Origin: Mobula hypostoma
Taxonomy: Eukaryota
DNA: 64,000 nt
NCBI RefSeq assembly: GCF_963921235.1
Contig: NC_086108.1
Coordinates: 5,766,001 to 5,830,000, forward strand
Reading direction: 5' to 3'
Positions 1 to 12,500 of the stretch are shown one piece after another; positions within the stretch are counted from its first letter, which is position 1, and the number at the start of each line of letters is the position of its first letter. Under the pieces are notes generated by a model that saw nothing but the letters and a program-made list of their open reading frames with translations, searched no databases and was not told the origin of the DNA. A program made the position numbers and the translations under genes.

Positions 1-723
1 GTCAATGAAGCAGTGGAGGCTTCCTCAGTAAATATATTTAAGACAAGGTTGGATAGATTTCTGCATAGTAGGGGAATTAAGGGTTATGGGGAAAAGGCAG
101 GTAGGTGGAGATGAGTCCATGGTCAGATCAGCCATGATTTTATTGAATGGTGGAGCAGGATCGACGGCCAGATGGCTGACTCCTGCTCCTATTTCTTATG
201 TTCTTATATATTCTTAATCTCTGAATCATATATGGTGACATGTATGTACTTTGACAATAAATTTACTTTGAACTTTGTACTGATCAATAAACCGATTGTT
301 TGGAATCAAATGACCTTGTCTCAGGGCTGGGTGTGTCTGTACCCGTGCCACACCCTCCTTGCCCTGGCACTCCTCCTCTGCCACCTGTCCTACATGCCTT
401 CCACTGCACTCCACCCTGGCTATGCCCAACATCCTTTGCTTCTGCCAGGTTTACAAACACGCTGTCCACTCCACGTTGACGAATACAGTACCCTGCAAGT
501 CATAGCTGCCCTAGTAATGTACATGTACCTAAGACTTTTTGTACTGTACTTTGATAATAAATTCACCTTGCTTTGAACTTTGAATGCTCGCGAGAGAACG
601 AATCTCAGGGTGGTATATGGTAACAGGTAGGCACTTTGATAGTAAATTCACTTTGCTGTTGAGTCAGATTACTGGGTAAATGTTTTCTCCATTTACTCTG
701 AAACGGGCTGATCTATTTTCCAG

Positions 724-836
724 AGAGGTCTAAAGTGAGATGCCAGGAAGACAGAGCCCAAGCGTTGGCACAAACCAGGAAGACAACGGACTCCATCATT
801 GTCCCTGAATGTAATGAGGATGGCACCTTTGCACAG
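724..836 (+). CDS. smoc1: SMOC exon (equivalent to SMOC1 exon 3): N-half of thyroglobulin type-1 domain 1
   Basis: ttttccag|AG...GCACAG|gtaatg; 113 bp, phase 1 to 0; RSKVRCQEDRAQALAQTRKTTDSIIVPECNEDGTFAQ resembles SMOC1 KCRLERAQALEQAKK...VPEC.EDG.F.Q. Missed by the ORF track. Confidence 0.92.
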
Positions 837-1362
837 GTAATGTGGACAATCACTGCACTGAAGTGACGTAGAGGAAACACAGGATTACAGAAATACTTTT
901 AGCAGGGTTATTTTTGTTATTGATATTTTGTGTATCGATGAATGTTAAACTATGAAATGCGGTTACTGGAACATCATCGGAACCAGAATCAGCGGTGTAC
1001 GTCATGAAATTTGTTGTTGTACATTGCGGTACATAATACAAACTGTCAATTACAATTAATATACATACATGAAATAAGTAGTGCAAAAGTAGTGAGGTAG
1101 TGTTCATGGGTTCAACGTCCGTTCAGAAATCTGATGGCAGAGGGGAAGAAGCTGTTCCTGAATCACTGAGTGTGTGCCTTCAGGCTCCTGTACCTCCTCC
1201 CTGATGGTAGCAATGAGAAGAGGGCATGTCCTGGGTGATGGAGGTCCTTAATGATGGATGCTGCCTTTTTGAGGCACCGCTCCTTGAAGATGTGTTGGCT
1301 ATTTCGAAGGCTAGTGCCCATGATGAAGCTGACTAAGTTTACATCTCTCTGCAGCTTGCTTC

Positions 1363-1647
1363 GAACCAGTGTGGATAACTTCATTCACCACAATGAGCCT
1401 CAGGTCCCACACCACCAGGTTCAGGAACAGTTATTACCCCACAACCATCAGGCTCCTGAACCAGTGTGGATAACTTCATTCACCACAATGAGCCTCAGGT
1501 CCCACACCACCAGGTTCAGGAACAGTTATTACCCCACAACCATCAGGCTCCTGAACCAGTGTGGATAACTTCACTCACCACAATGAGCCTCAGGTCCCAC
1601 ACCACCAGGTTCAAGAACAGTTATTAACCCTCAACCATCAGGCTCTT
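1363..1647 (+). repeat. 95-bp tandem repeat, 3 units, derived from a Rex/Babar-type LINE 3' end
   Basis: GAACCAGTGTGGATAACTTCA starts at 1363, 1458 and 1553; the array runs on into the ordinary LINE tail. Confidence 0.92.
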
Positions 1648-2384
1648 GAACAAAAGGGGATAACTACACTCACTTGCCCCATCATTGAAATGTTTCCACA
1701 ATCAATGATCTCACTTTATCTCCTACTCTCATTATTTATTGCTATTTATTTATATTTGCATTTGCACAGTGTGATATCTTCTGCACTCTGGTTGATCTTT
1801 CACTGGTCCCGTTGGAATCAGAATCAGGTTTATTATCACCGACATGTGTCGTGAAATTTGTTAGCTTAGCAGCAGCAGTTCAATGCAATACATGATAGTA
1901 TAGAAATAAAAAAAATTAAGTCAATTACAGTAAGTACATATGTTTATATTAAATAAACAAATAATAGTGCAAAACAAGAAATAATTTATATTAAAGGAAA
2001 AATGAGATAGTTCATGGGTTCAATGTCCATTTAGGAATCGGATGGCAGAGGGGAAGAAGCTGTTCCTGAATCGCTGAGTGTGTGCCTTCAGGCTCCTGTA
2101 CCTCCTCCCTGATGGTAGCAATGAGAACAAGACATGTCCTGGGTCATGGGGGTCCTCAATGATGGATGCCTCACTGTTTAAAGATGTTGTGGATGCTATA
2201 TAGGCTAAAGCCCATGATGGAGATAACTGAGTTCACAACTTTCTGCAGCTTATTTCAATCCCGTGCAGTGGCCTCTCGCCCCAGACCAGACGGTGATACA
2301 GTCAGTTAGAACGCTCTCCACGGTGCGTCTGTAGAAATTAGCCGCTGTCATGTTGTCTTTGGAATTGCAGCAATATTAAAACTG

Positions 2385-2855
2385 GAACTCCCCAATGCCC
2401 ACATGGTCACGGGGAGAATGTACAAACTTGCCAACGCCCATGTAGTGACGGGGAGAATGAACAAACTCCCCAACGCCCACGTGGTGATGGGGAGAACGAA
2501 CAAACTCCCCAATGCCCACGTAGTGACAGGGAGAACGTACAAATTCGCCAACACCCACATGGTGACGGGGAGGACGTACAAACTCCCCAACGCCCACGTG
2601 GTCACGGGGAGAATGTACAAACTTGCCAACGCCCACGTAGTGATGGGGAGAACATACAAACTCGCCAACACCCATGTGGTGACGGGGAGAACGTACAAAC
2701 TCCCCAACGCCCACGTGGTCACGGGGACAATGTACAAACTCGCCAACACCCGCGTGGTCACGGGGAGAATGTACAAACTCGCCAATGCCCACGTAGTGAC
2801 GGGGAGAATATACAAACTCGCCAACACCTGCGTGGTCACGGGGAGAATATACACA
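2385..2855. repeat. 39-bp minisatellite, about 12 units, derived from a SINE segment
   Basis: Unit approx. AAACTCCCCAACGCCCACGTGGTCACGGGGAGAATGTAC; its core matches dispersed SINE copies (e.g. near 38168 and 45450). Confidence 0.92.
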
Positions 2856-4159
2856 ACTGCTTACAGTGGTTGGATTTGAAACCTGATTTCTGACACTGTA
2901 AAGGGTTATACTAGGCTGCACTGGCCTAGATATCCTGGTGTATGATCTCGTATCCCTATGATACAATGAACCCAACAGATAAACCTGACCTCTCACTCAG
3001 CTTTGAGCCAGTGGAGTGGTACAAGTAAGGGCGGTTCCTAACAAGATGAAAAAAAACTGCTGAGGTTATAACCTGCTCCCAAGGATCAATCTCAGCCTTC
3101 CTTCCCACATAGCCTTCCATCTTTCAATCATCCATGTGTTTATCTACGAGTTTCTTACATGTCAGTAATGTACCTACCTCTACCACTTGCTGTGTTTTTA
3201 AAACAAAATTTGCCTCTGACAGAACCCTCTATACTTTCCTCTAATCACCTTAAAATTATATTAAGATGATTGGAGGAAATTAGCTATTTCCCCCCTGGGA
3301 AAAAGTTTCTGGCTGTCCACTCGATCTCTGCCTCTTATCATCTTATGGTGGTTGTCCTTCATGTCTGACCATGACAGGAAACCTGTGCGGGAGAGTTTTT
3401 GAAGTGGAAAAGCTTTGCACTGGGAGAGTTCCACTCTCTTGACTTCAGAAGTGCAGAAACAAGCATCACAACTGGGGCCTTCCCTGCCTCAGCGGATGAC
3501 AGTGATGCTACGCCCTTCACTCTCCATGGAGCAGAACAGAACCGCCTTCCTGGCCATTGGATCTCATCTGCCCAGTCTGTCAGAGCTGACTTTGCTGGGA
3601 CAGGCATGTTCTTATCTCACAGGGTATGAGGTTTGCCAGCTACCCTCACCCGTTGCAGCAGTGTACCAGGGGTCAAGGGTGAGTGAGCTGTCCTGGAATG
3701 GACATGACAGGCCCCTTCACCAGAGGTGCTCCCCCTCCCTGGACACCCCATGAACTCCTATCATTCTGATCTGTGTATCTTATCATCTTGCACACCTCTA
3801 TCAAGTCACCTCTCATCCTGCTTCACTCCAAAGAGAAAATCCTGAGCTCTCTCAACCTCTCCTCATAAGTCATGCTCTCTAATCTGGGCAGCGTCCCGGT
3901 AAATCTCTTCTGCACCCTCTCTAAAGCTTCCACATCCTTCCTATGATGAGGTGTCCAGAACTGAACACAATATTCCAAGTGTGGTCCAACCAGCGTTTTA
4001 TAGAGCGGCAGCATTATCTCATAGATCTTGAGCTCAGTCCTCAGACTAATAAAAGCCAGCACACCACACCAGCCTTAACAACCATTTTAAAAATCTAAGA
4101 TAACCATTGGCTGATATTTGTAAACATGAGGAAGACTGTCGATGCTGGATATTCAAAGC

Positions 4160-4161
<2 letters not shown>

Positions 4162-4192
<31 letters not shown>
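4162..4192. repeat. (AC)n microsatellite inside a Penelope-like terminal repeat
   Basis: Direct reading. Confidence 0.9.
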
Positions 4193-4195
<3 letters not shown>

Positions 4196-6349
4196 GCTGG
4201 AGGAAGTCAGTAGGTCAGACAGCATCTTTGGAAAGTTCAGGGTGAATCCCTTCTTCAGGACTGAGAAGAAAGGGAGAAGATGCCAGAATAAAAAGGTGGG
4301 GGGAAGGAGGCTAGCCGGAAGGTGATAGGTGAAGCCAGGTGGGTGGGAAAGGTCAAGGGCTGGAGAAGAAAGAATCTGATAGGACAGGAGAGTGGACCTT
4401 CCAGTAAGATAAAGGGAAGGAAGAGGGGAGTAAAGAGAAGGTAATAGGCAGGTGAGAAGAAATGAAAGGTCCGAGTGGGGAATAGAGGAGTGCGGGGGGG
4501 GGGGGGGGAGGTGCAGAAGATTTGTTCGGGCTGCATCCATGAAAATGAATGACCAATTGACATTTCAGGCCTGAGAAGGAAGGGAGAAGACATCAGAATA
4601 AAAAGGTGGGGTGTGGTGAGAAGGAGGCTAGCTGGAAGGTGACAGGTGAAGCCAGGTGGGTGGGAAAGGTCAAGGGCTGGAGAAGAAGGAATCTGGAGAG
4701 TGGACCGTAGAGGAAAGTAAAGGGGGGGGGGGACCCAGGGGAGGTGATAGGCAGGTGAGAAGTGGTGAGAGGCCAGAGTGGGGAATAGAAGAAGGGGGGA
4801 GGTGGAGGGAAACTTTTTTTACTGGAAGGAGAAATTGATATTGTGGTGAGCATATTGTGGTGGTCCATAATGACAGACGAGGAAGCTCTTTAACTCAACA
4901 CCAATTTTATTGTGATGGACACAAAACAGACTAGACACCATGACCCGGAGGGTGAACCCCCCCAAGTCTCATATGGATGGTGGAGGTGACCATCACACAC
5001 TCCGGTTACAGTCAGGGTGGCCCTCAAACACACAAGTAAATAACTGTAAAACCCAAGCTAAAATGTAACAATAAATGAACTGGAACTTCCCACCATAATC
5101 CCACAAAAGCATTTTAACACAAGAACACTAGACAGTACTGGTCATTAGAAACGCAGGGGCAGGCTGTCGACCATGCTCCCACCCAGAACGTCACAATATT
5201 AATGCCATCAGACTGGAGGCTCCTCCAACCTGAGGCTGACCTCATCTGGGGTTGATACTCGTTTTCTTGCCAGCAGTGAGAACTTTTCATTCACTTGAAG
5301 TCCTTCAGTTTCTCCTGTAAACATAATACTGGTGTTTGTGAGATGGTTTGTTAATATGGGAGGAATGCTGGTTGATGGGTGGAGTAAGATAACTTCCACC
5401 AAACAATGGCATCAAGTCCTGGAATGAACTTAGTCTTTGGGGGGGATGAGCTCATCGAAGAACCTGAAAGGCATGAGGCGATTCACTGTCCAGAGGCTGT
5501 GCAATGATGTCCTTAAGAGCTGGAAATGCTTTGATAGTTTGCTTAGTTTTTGAATAGCTTTTTCCATTGACTGAGAAACACTAAGACCATACGAAATAGC
5601 AGCAGAACTAATCCATTTGGCCCATCGAGCCTGCTCCGCCATTTCATCATCGATGATCCATTTCCCTTTCAGCCCCAGTCTCTTGCCTTCTCCCTGTGTT
5701 CCTTTGTACCCTGACTAATCAAAAATCTATCAACCTCTGCATTAAATATACCCAATGACTTGGCCTCCACAGTCACCCGTGGCAATGAATTCCACAGATT
5801 CACCATTTTCCAGCTAAAAAAGTTCCTCCTCATTTCTGTTCTGAAAAGGATGCCCTTGTATTCTGATGCTATGTTCCCTGGTCTTAGACCCCTTTCCCAT
5901 TCGAAGCATCCTCTCTACATCCAGTCTATCGAGGCCTTTCAACCTTTGATAGGTTTCAGTGAAATACCCCACCTCATTCTTCTGAATTCCAGTGAGTACT
6001 GGCTCAGAGTCAACAAATGCTCTTCATATGACAAGCCTTTCAATCCTGGAATCACTTTCATGAGCCTCCTTTGAACCAGCTCCAATTTCAGCACATCCTT
6101 TCTTAGATATGCTGCCCAAAACTGCTCATAACACTTCAAATGAGACCTCACCAGTGCTTTATAAAGCCTCAACATTACATCCTTGCTTTTATTTTCTAGG
6201 AATCAAGTGATACACCCAGAATCTAAAGCACAAGGCACTCAGACTCTTCTCAAGCTTCCAGCTGGGTACAGGCGTCAATTTTAATGGACATTTCAATGAC
6301 AAACTCTGCCATAAACTGCCAAAGCCTTTGGTGCGGCACAGTAGTCTTG

Positions 6350-8275
6350 GCTTTTGGGACCACCTGGTGAAGGAAGCCATTGAAATAAAACTAGAGAATA
6401 AGAATTTTAATAAAGATGAAGGTCTCACCCTAAGTAAGAACTGGAATACAATTTTAAAAAGATGGGGCAGCGGAAACCTGATTGGATGAGGACTAACCAA
6501 TCGGGAGGGACAGACGACTGGAGTTGAGTATATATACCACCAGACTATGATGATTAAAGAAGAGGAAGTACTGGCACTTTAAAGGAGTATAAAAGTGGAT
6601 AAGTCTCTGGGTCCTGACAGGCTTTTCCCTAGGACCTTGAGGGAAGTCAGTGTGGAAATAGCAGGGGCTGTGACAGAAATATTTCAAATGTCATTAGAAA
6701 CGGGGATGGTGCTGGAGGATTGGTGTATTGCTCATGTTGTTCCATTGTTTAAAAAGGGTTCTAAGAGTAAACTTAGCAATTATCGGCCTGTGAGTTTGAC
6801 ATCAGTGGTGAGTAAATTGATGGAAAGTATTCTTAGAGATGGTATATATAATTATCTGGATAGACAGGGTCTGATTAGGAGCAGTCAACATGCGTGGAAG
6901 GTCATGTTTGACAAATCTTATTGAATTCTTTGATGAGGTTACTAGGAAAGTTGACAAGGGTAAAGCGGTGGATGTTGTCTATATGGACTTCAGTAAGGCC
7001 TTTGACAAGGTTCCACATGGAAGGTTAGTTAGGAAGGTTCAATTGTTAGGTATTAATATTGAAGTAGTAAAATGGATTCAGCAGTGGCTGGATGGGAGAC
7101 ACCAGAGAGTGGTGGTGGATAACTGTTTGTCAGATTGGAGGCCAGTGACTAGTGGTGAGCCTCACGGATCTGTACTGGGTCCAATGTTGTTTGTCATATA
7201 TATTAATGATCTGGATGATGGGGTGGTAAATTGGATTAGAAAGTATGCAGATGATACTAAGATAGGTGGAGTTGTGGATAATAAAGTAGGTTTTCAAAGC
7301 TTGCAGAAAGATTTAGGCCAGTTAGAAGAGTGGGCTGAAAGATGGCAGATGGAGTTTAATGCTGATAAATGTGAGGTGCTACATTTTGGTAGGACTAATC
7401 AAAATAGGACATACATGGTAAATGGTAGGGCATTGAAGAATGCAGTAGAACAGAGGGATCTAGGAATAATGGTGCATAGTTCCCTGAAGGTAGAATCTCA
7501 TGTGGATAGGGTGGTGAAGAAAGCTTTTGGTATGCTGGCCTTTATAAATCAGAGCATTGAGTATAGGAGTTGGGATGTAATGTTGAAATTGTACAAGGCA
7601 TTGGTGAGGCCAAATTTGGAGTATTGTGTACAGTTCTGGTCACCGAATTATAGGAAAGATGTCAACAAAATAGAGAGAGTACAGAGACGGTTTACTAGAA
7701 TGTTACCTGGGTTTCATCTCCTAAGTTACAGAGAAAGGTTGAATAAGTTGGGTCTTTATTCTTTGGAGCGTAGAAGGTTGAGGGGGGACTTGATAGAGGT
7801 ATTTAAAATTACGAGGGGGATAGATAGAGTTGACATGGATAGGCTTTTTCCATTGAGAGTGGGGGAGATTCAAACAAGAGGACATGAGTTGAGAGTTAAA
7901 GGGCAAAAGTGAGGGGATCTTCTTTACTCAGAGAGTGGTAGCTGTGTGGAACGAGCTTCCAACAGAAGTGGTTGAGGCAGGTTCGATGTTGTCATTTAAA
8001 GTTAAATTGGATAGCTATATGGACAGGAAAGGAATGGAGGGTTATGGGCTGAGTGCAGGTCAATGGGACTAGGTGAGAGTAAGAGTTTGGCCCGAACTAG
8101 ACTGGCCGAGATGGCCTGTCTCTGTGCTGTAATTGTTATATGGTTATAGATATGCCTAGGCATCATCCCTGATCAAGATTGTCACCAAAACATCAGGTAA
8201 AACCAACACCTGTACCTGGCTGGAAGCCTAACAAGAGAGTATATGTCATATACACCGGGAAAGCACAAGATCTCT
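6350..8275 (+). mobile_element. Penelope-like element 3' remnant split by a CR1 insertion (6350-6547 and 8149-8275)
   Basis: Translates FWDHLVKEAIEIKLENKNFNKDEGLTLSKNWNTIL, typical of the PLE GIY-YIG C-terminus; the sequence resumes after the CR1 tail. Confidence 0.7.
6548..8148 (+). mobile_element. 5'-truncated CR1-clade LINE (RT domain), frameshifted
   Basis: ORFs 6595-6924 and 6890-7912: NYRPVSLTS, YMDFSKAFDKVPH, KYADDTK, LEYCVQFWSP; deletion near 6890; tail GTTATATGGTTATA. Confidence 0.93.
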
Positions 8276-8954
8276 TTTCAGAAGACACTGTCGAAGGTCA
8301 AAGAAAAGGAAAAATTGCTAAAGTTGTTCCAAGCATGCGGTACTTGCTTGTCTGAACAAAAAAAATCCAAGAGAGGGTAAAATAAATCAAGAAATAATTA
8401 GGGCAGCATTTTGCTGTCTACGTGTTTCAAATGATTTCTGTTTAGGGGCGATAACGTTAACGTTTTTTTCTTGTGCCCTTGGCTCCTCATGGAGCATAGG
8501 CCGTTGATGACCTCCTGTCTTCATCGTCCAAAGTCGACGGTATGGTTGGAGATCATCAGTGTTTCTGTAATCCATTGTATCTGCTGTTCAGGGGAGTGGC
8601 CTACAGCAGATCCCTGTTGGCCGGCCTTACCCACTTCCACCTCTCACAAAGGGGACACTGAGGGGCACCATGGTAACATCACAGCTATTGTACCTCAGGG
8701 TGCCAGAGTTCAGAGTTCAATTCTGGATGTCTGTAAGGAGTTTGTACATTCTCCCTGTGAACGCGTGGGCTTCCGGTTTCCTCTCATATTCCAAAGATGT
8801 ACCACTTAGTCGGTTAATCAGTGATGGTAAATTGTCCTGTGTGCTTGCGGTGTGGCTCGGAAGGGCAGAGGGGCCGGTTCCTGCCAACGCACATGATGCA
8901 TGCAAGCTTGGTTTCAACGTTTAAGAGAAGTTTGGATAGGTACATAGTTTAATG

Positions 8955-9274
8955 CAGTGGTCCCCATCCTCCAGGCTGCAGACCGATACCGATCCGTGAA
9001 GCACGCAGGGATCCAGCGGTAGCCGGGACGCACCCAGCACATCTTTAAGAAAAAAGCTGAAATAAACAAGCTCATTAATTAGGTGCTGCCCGGCACATAA
9101 ATGTCGGCCCAGATCAGAGGCGACACAATCGGCGATCGGGCGGCACCTAATTAATAAGCTTGTTTATTTCAGCTTTTTTCTTAAAGATGTGCTGGGTGCA
9201 TTCCGACTACCGCTGCACCCCTGCATGCTTCGTGGATCAGTATCAGTCTGCGGCCCGGAGGTTGGGGACCACTG
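8955..9274. mobile_element. hAT-type fold-back MITE
   Basis: Termini CAGTGGTCCCCA / TGGGGACCACTG; arms complementary for about 135 bp; 8-bp TSD GTTTAATG (8947-8954) / ATTTAATG (9275-9282). Confidence 0.88.
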
Positions 9275-9559
9275 ATTTAATGTAACTATTTCATATATAT
9301 CTATATACTTACAGTAATTGCATTTTTTAAATTATTATGTAGTGCATTGTACTGCTGCTGCAAAGATAACAAATTTCACAACATATGCCAGTGATATTAA
9401 ACCTGACTCTGATTGACCTTTGTAGCTCCCTAAAGTATAGAGAATCACAAAGAGGAGGAAAAATTGCCGAAGTAGTTTCTAGGAGGAAGGACTTGCAAGG
9501 AGAACAACCCCAGCTTCCTTTGTCTAACTTTTTTTAAGCAAGGGAGAAAGCTGATAGAA

Positions 9560-12500
9560 AGATGAAATGGTTTAACTAAAATAACTCTCAGGCAAGTGTA
9601 GGTTTGAGGACGGCTGTGGCAGAGTTTGATTGCTATCACCCCTTACAAAGTGAAATTAAGCAACAGAGGTGACAACAGGGTTGGGCTTCCAGATGAACTC
9701 AAGGCCTTCTGTGCTTGCTTTGACCGGCAAAACACGGAGGAGCCATCAAGAGCTCCCACAGGCCCCCAGTGAGCCCGTGATTTCAGTTTCTGAGGCCAAT
9801 GTGAGAGCAGAATGAACCCACAGAAAGCATCTGGCCCAGGTGGGGTACCTGGCCGAGCACCAAAGACCTGGTGTTGGTCAACTGGCTGGAGTGTTCACTG
9901 AGATCTTTAACCGCTCGCTTCAGCAGACTGAGGGACCCAGCTGGTTCAAGCAGGCTTCAGTTATACCCAAGAAAAAGCGGTGACCTGTCTCAATGATGAT
10001 CATGCAGTCACACTTACAACCACAGTGAGGCTGATGAATCGTATCAACTCCTATCCGAGGAGCGACCTGGATCTGCTCCAGTTTGCCTGCCGGCACAACA
10101 GGGCCACAGCAGATGCCATCTCATTGTCTCTTCACTCAACCCTGGAACATCTGGACAGCAAAGATGCAAACATCAGGATGCTCTTTATTGATTACAGGTC
10201 GGCATTCAATACCATCATCCCCTCAAATCTAATCAAAGCTTCAAGACATTAACCTCAGTACCTCCTTGTGCAATTGGATCCTCAATTTCCTTACTCGCAG
10301 ACCCCAGTCAGTTTGGATTGGCAACAACATCTCCTCCACGATCTCCATCAGCACTAGTGCACCATAAGATTGTGTGCTCTGCCCCTGCTCTTCTCACTTT
10401 ACACGTACGACAGTGAGGCTAAGCACAGTTCCAATACCATATTCAAGTTTGCTGATGACACCATTGCCATTGGCCAAACCAAAGGTGGTGATGAGTCAGC
10501 ATACAGGAAGGACATGGGAAATGTGGCTGAGTGGTGCCCCAACAACAACCTCACTCAGTGTCAGAAAGACCAAGCAGCTGATTATTGACTTCAGGAGGAG
10601 GAAAACAAAGGTCCATGGGCCAGTCCTCATCGGAGGACCAGAGGTAGAGAAGGTTAAGAACTTTAAATTCCTCAGTTTTATTATTTCAGAGGATCTGTCC
10701 TGGGCCCAGCACTTAAGTGCAATTATGGAGAAAGCACAGCAGCACTTCAACTTCCTTAGGAGTTTGCGAAGATTCAGCGTGATATCTAGAACTTTGAAAA
10801 TTTTCTATGGACTTATGAGAGTATATTGACTGACTACATCAGTCTGGTATGGAAACACCAATATTCGTAATAAGGTGGATGAATTGAAAGTGCAGATTGT
10901 TATTAATGATTATGATATAGTTGGGATCACAGAGACATGGCTCCAGGGTGACCAGGGATGGGAGCTCAACGTTCAGGGATATTCAATATTCAGGAGGGAT
11001 AGACATGAAGGAAGGGGAGGTGGGGTGGTGTTGCTGGTTAAAGAAGAGATTAATGCAATAGAAAGGAAGGACATAAGCCGGGAAGATGTGGAATCGATAT
11101 GGGTAGAGCTGCGTAACACTAAGGGGCAGAAGACGCTGGTGGGAGTTGTGTACAGGCCACCTAACAGTAGTAGTGAGGTCGGAGATGGTATTAAACAGGA
11201 AATTAGAAATGTGTGCAATAAAGGAACAGCAGTTATAATGGGTGACTTCAATCTACATGTAGATTGTGTGAATCAAATTGGTAAAGGTGCTGAGGAAGAG
11301 GATTTCTTGGAATGTATGTGGGATGGTTTTTTGAACCAACATGTCGAGGAACCAACTAGAGAGCAGGTTATTCTGGACTGGGTTTTGAGCAATGAGGAAG
11401 GGTTAATTAGTGATCTTGTCGTGAGAGGCCCCTTGGGTAAGAGTGACCATAATATGGTGGAATTCTTCATTAAGATGGAGAGTGACATAGTTAATTCAGA
11501 AACAAAGGTTCTGAACTTAAAGAGGGATAACTTTGAAGGTATGAGACGTGAATTAGCTAAGATAGACTGGCAAATGACACTTAAAGGATTGACGGTGGAT
11601 ATGCAATGGCAAGCATTTAAAGGTTGCATGGATGAACTACAACAATTGTTCATCCCAGTTTGGCAAAAGAATAAATCAAGGAAGGTAGTGCACCCGTGGC
11701 TGACAAGAGAAATTAGGGATAGTATCAATTCCAAAGAAGAAGCATACAAATTAGCCAGAGAAAGTGGCTCACCTGAGGACTGGGAGAAATTCAGAGTTCA
11801 GCAGAGGAGAACAAAGGGCTTAATTAGGAAGGGGAAAAAAGATTATGAGAGAAAACTGGCAGGGAACATAAAAACAGACTGTAAAAGCTTTTATAGATAT
11901 GTAAAAAGGAAAAGACTGGTAAAGACAAATGTAGGTCCCCTGCAGACAGAAACAGGTGAATTGATTATGGGGAGCAAGGACATGGCAGACCAATTGAATA
12001 ATTACTTTGGTTCTGTCTTCACTAAGGAGGACATAAATAATCTTCCAGAAATAGTAAGGGACAGAGGGTCCAGTGAGATGGAGGAACTGAGTGAAATACA
12101 TGTTAGTAGGGAAGTGGTGTTAGGTAAATTGAAGGGATTGAAGGCAGATAAATCCCCAGGGCTAGATGGTCTGCATCCTAGAGTGCTTAAGGAAGTAGCC
12201 CAAGAAATAGTGGATGCATTAATGATAATTTTTCAAAACTCGTTAGATTCTGGACTAGTTCCTGAGGATTGGAGGGTGGCTAATGTAACTCCACTTTTTA
12301 AAAAAGGGAGAGAGAAACCGGAGAATTATAGACCAGTTAGCCTAACGTCGGTGGTGGGGAAACTGCTGGAGTCAGTTATCAAGGATGTGATAACAGCACA
12401 TTTGGGAAGCGGTGAAATGATCGGACAAAGTCAGCATGGATTTGTGAAAGGAAAATCATGTCTGACGAATCTCAGAATTTTTTGAGGATGTAACTAGTAG

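Noticed and set aside
2348..2996. Repeat-protein ORFs of 158-206 aa
   Set aside because: Caused by a 39-bp SINE-derived minisatellite; open on both strands, with no splice or family support.
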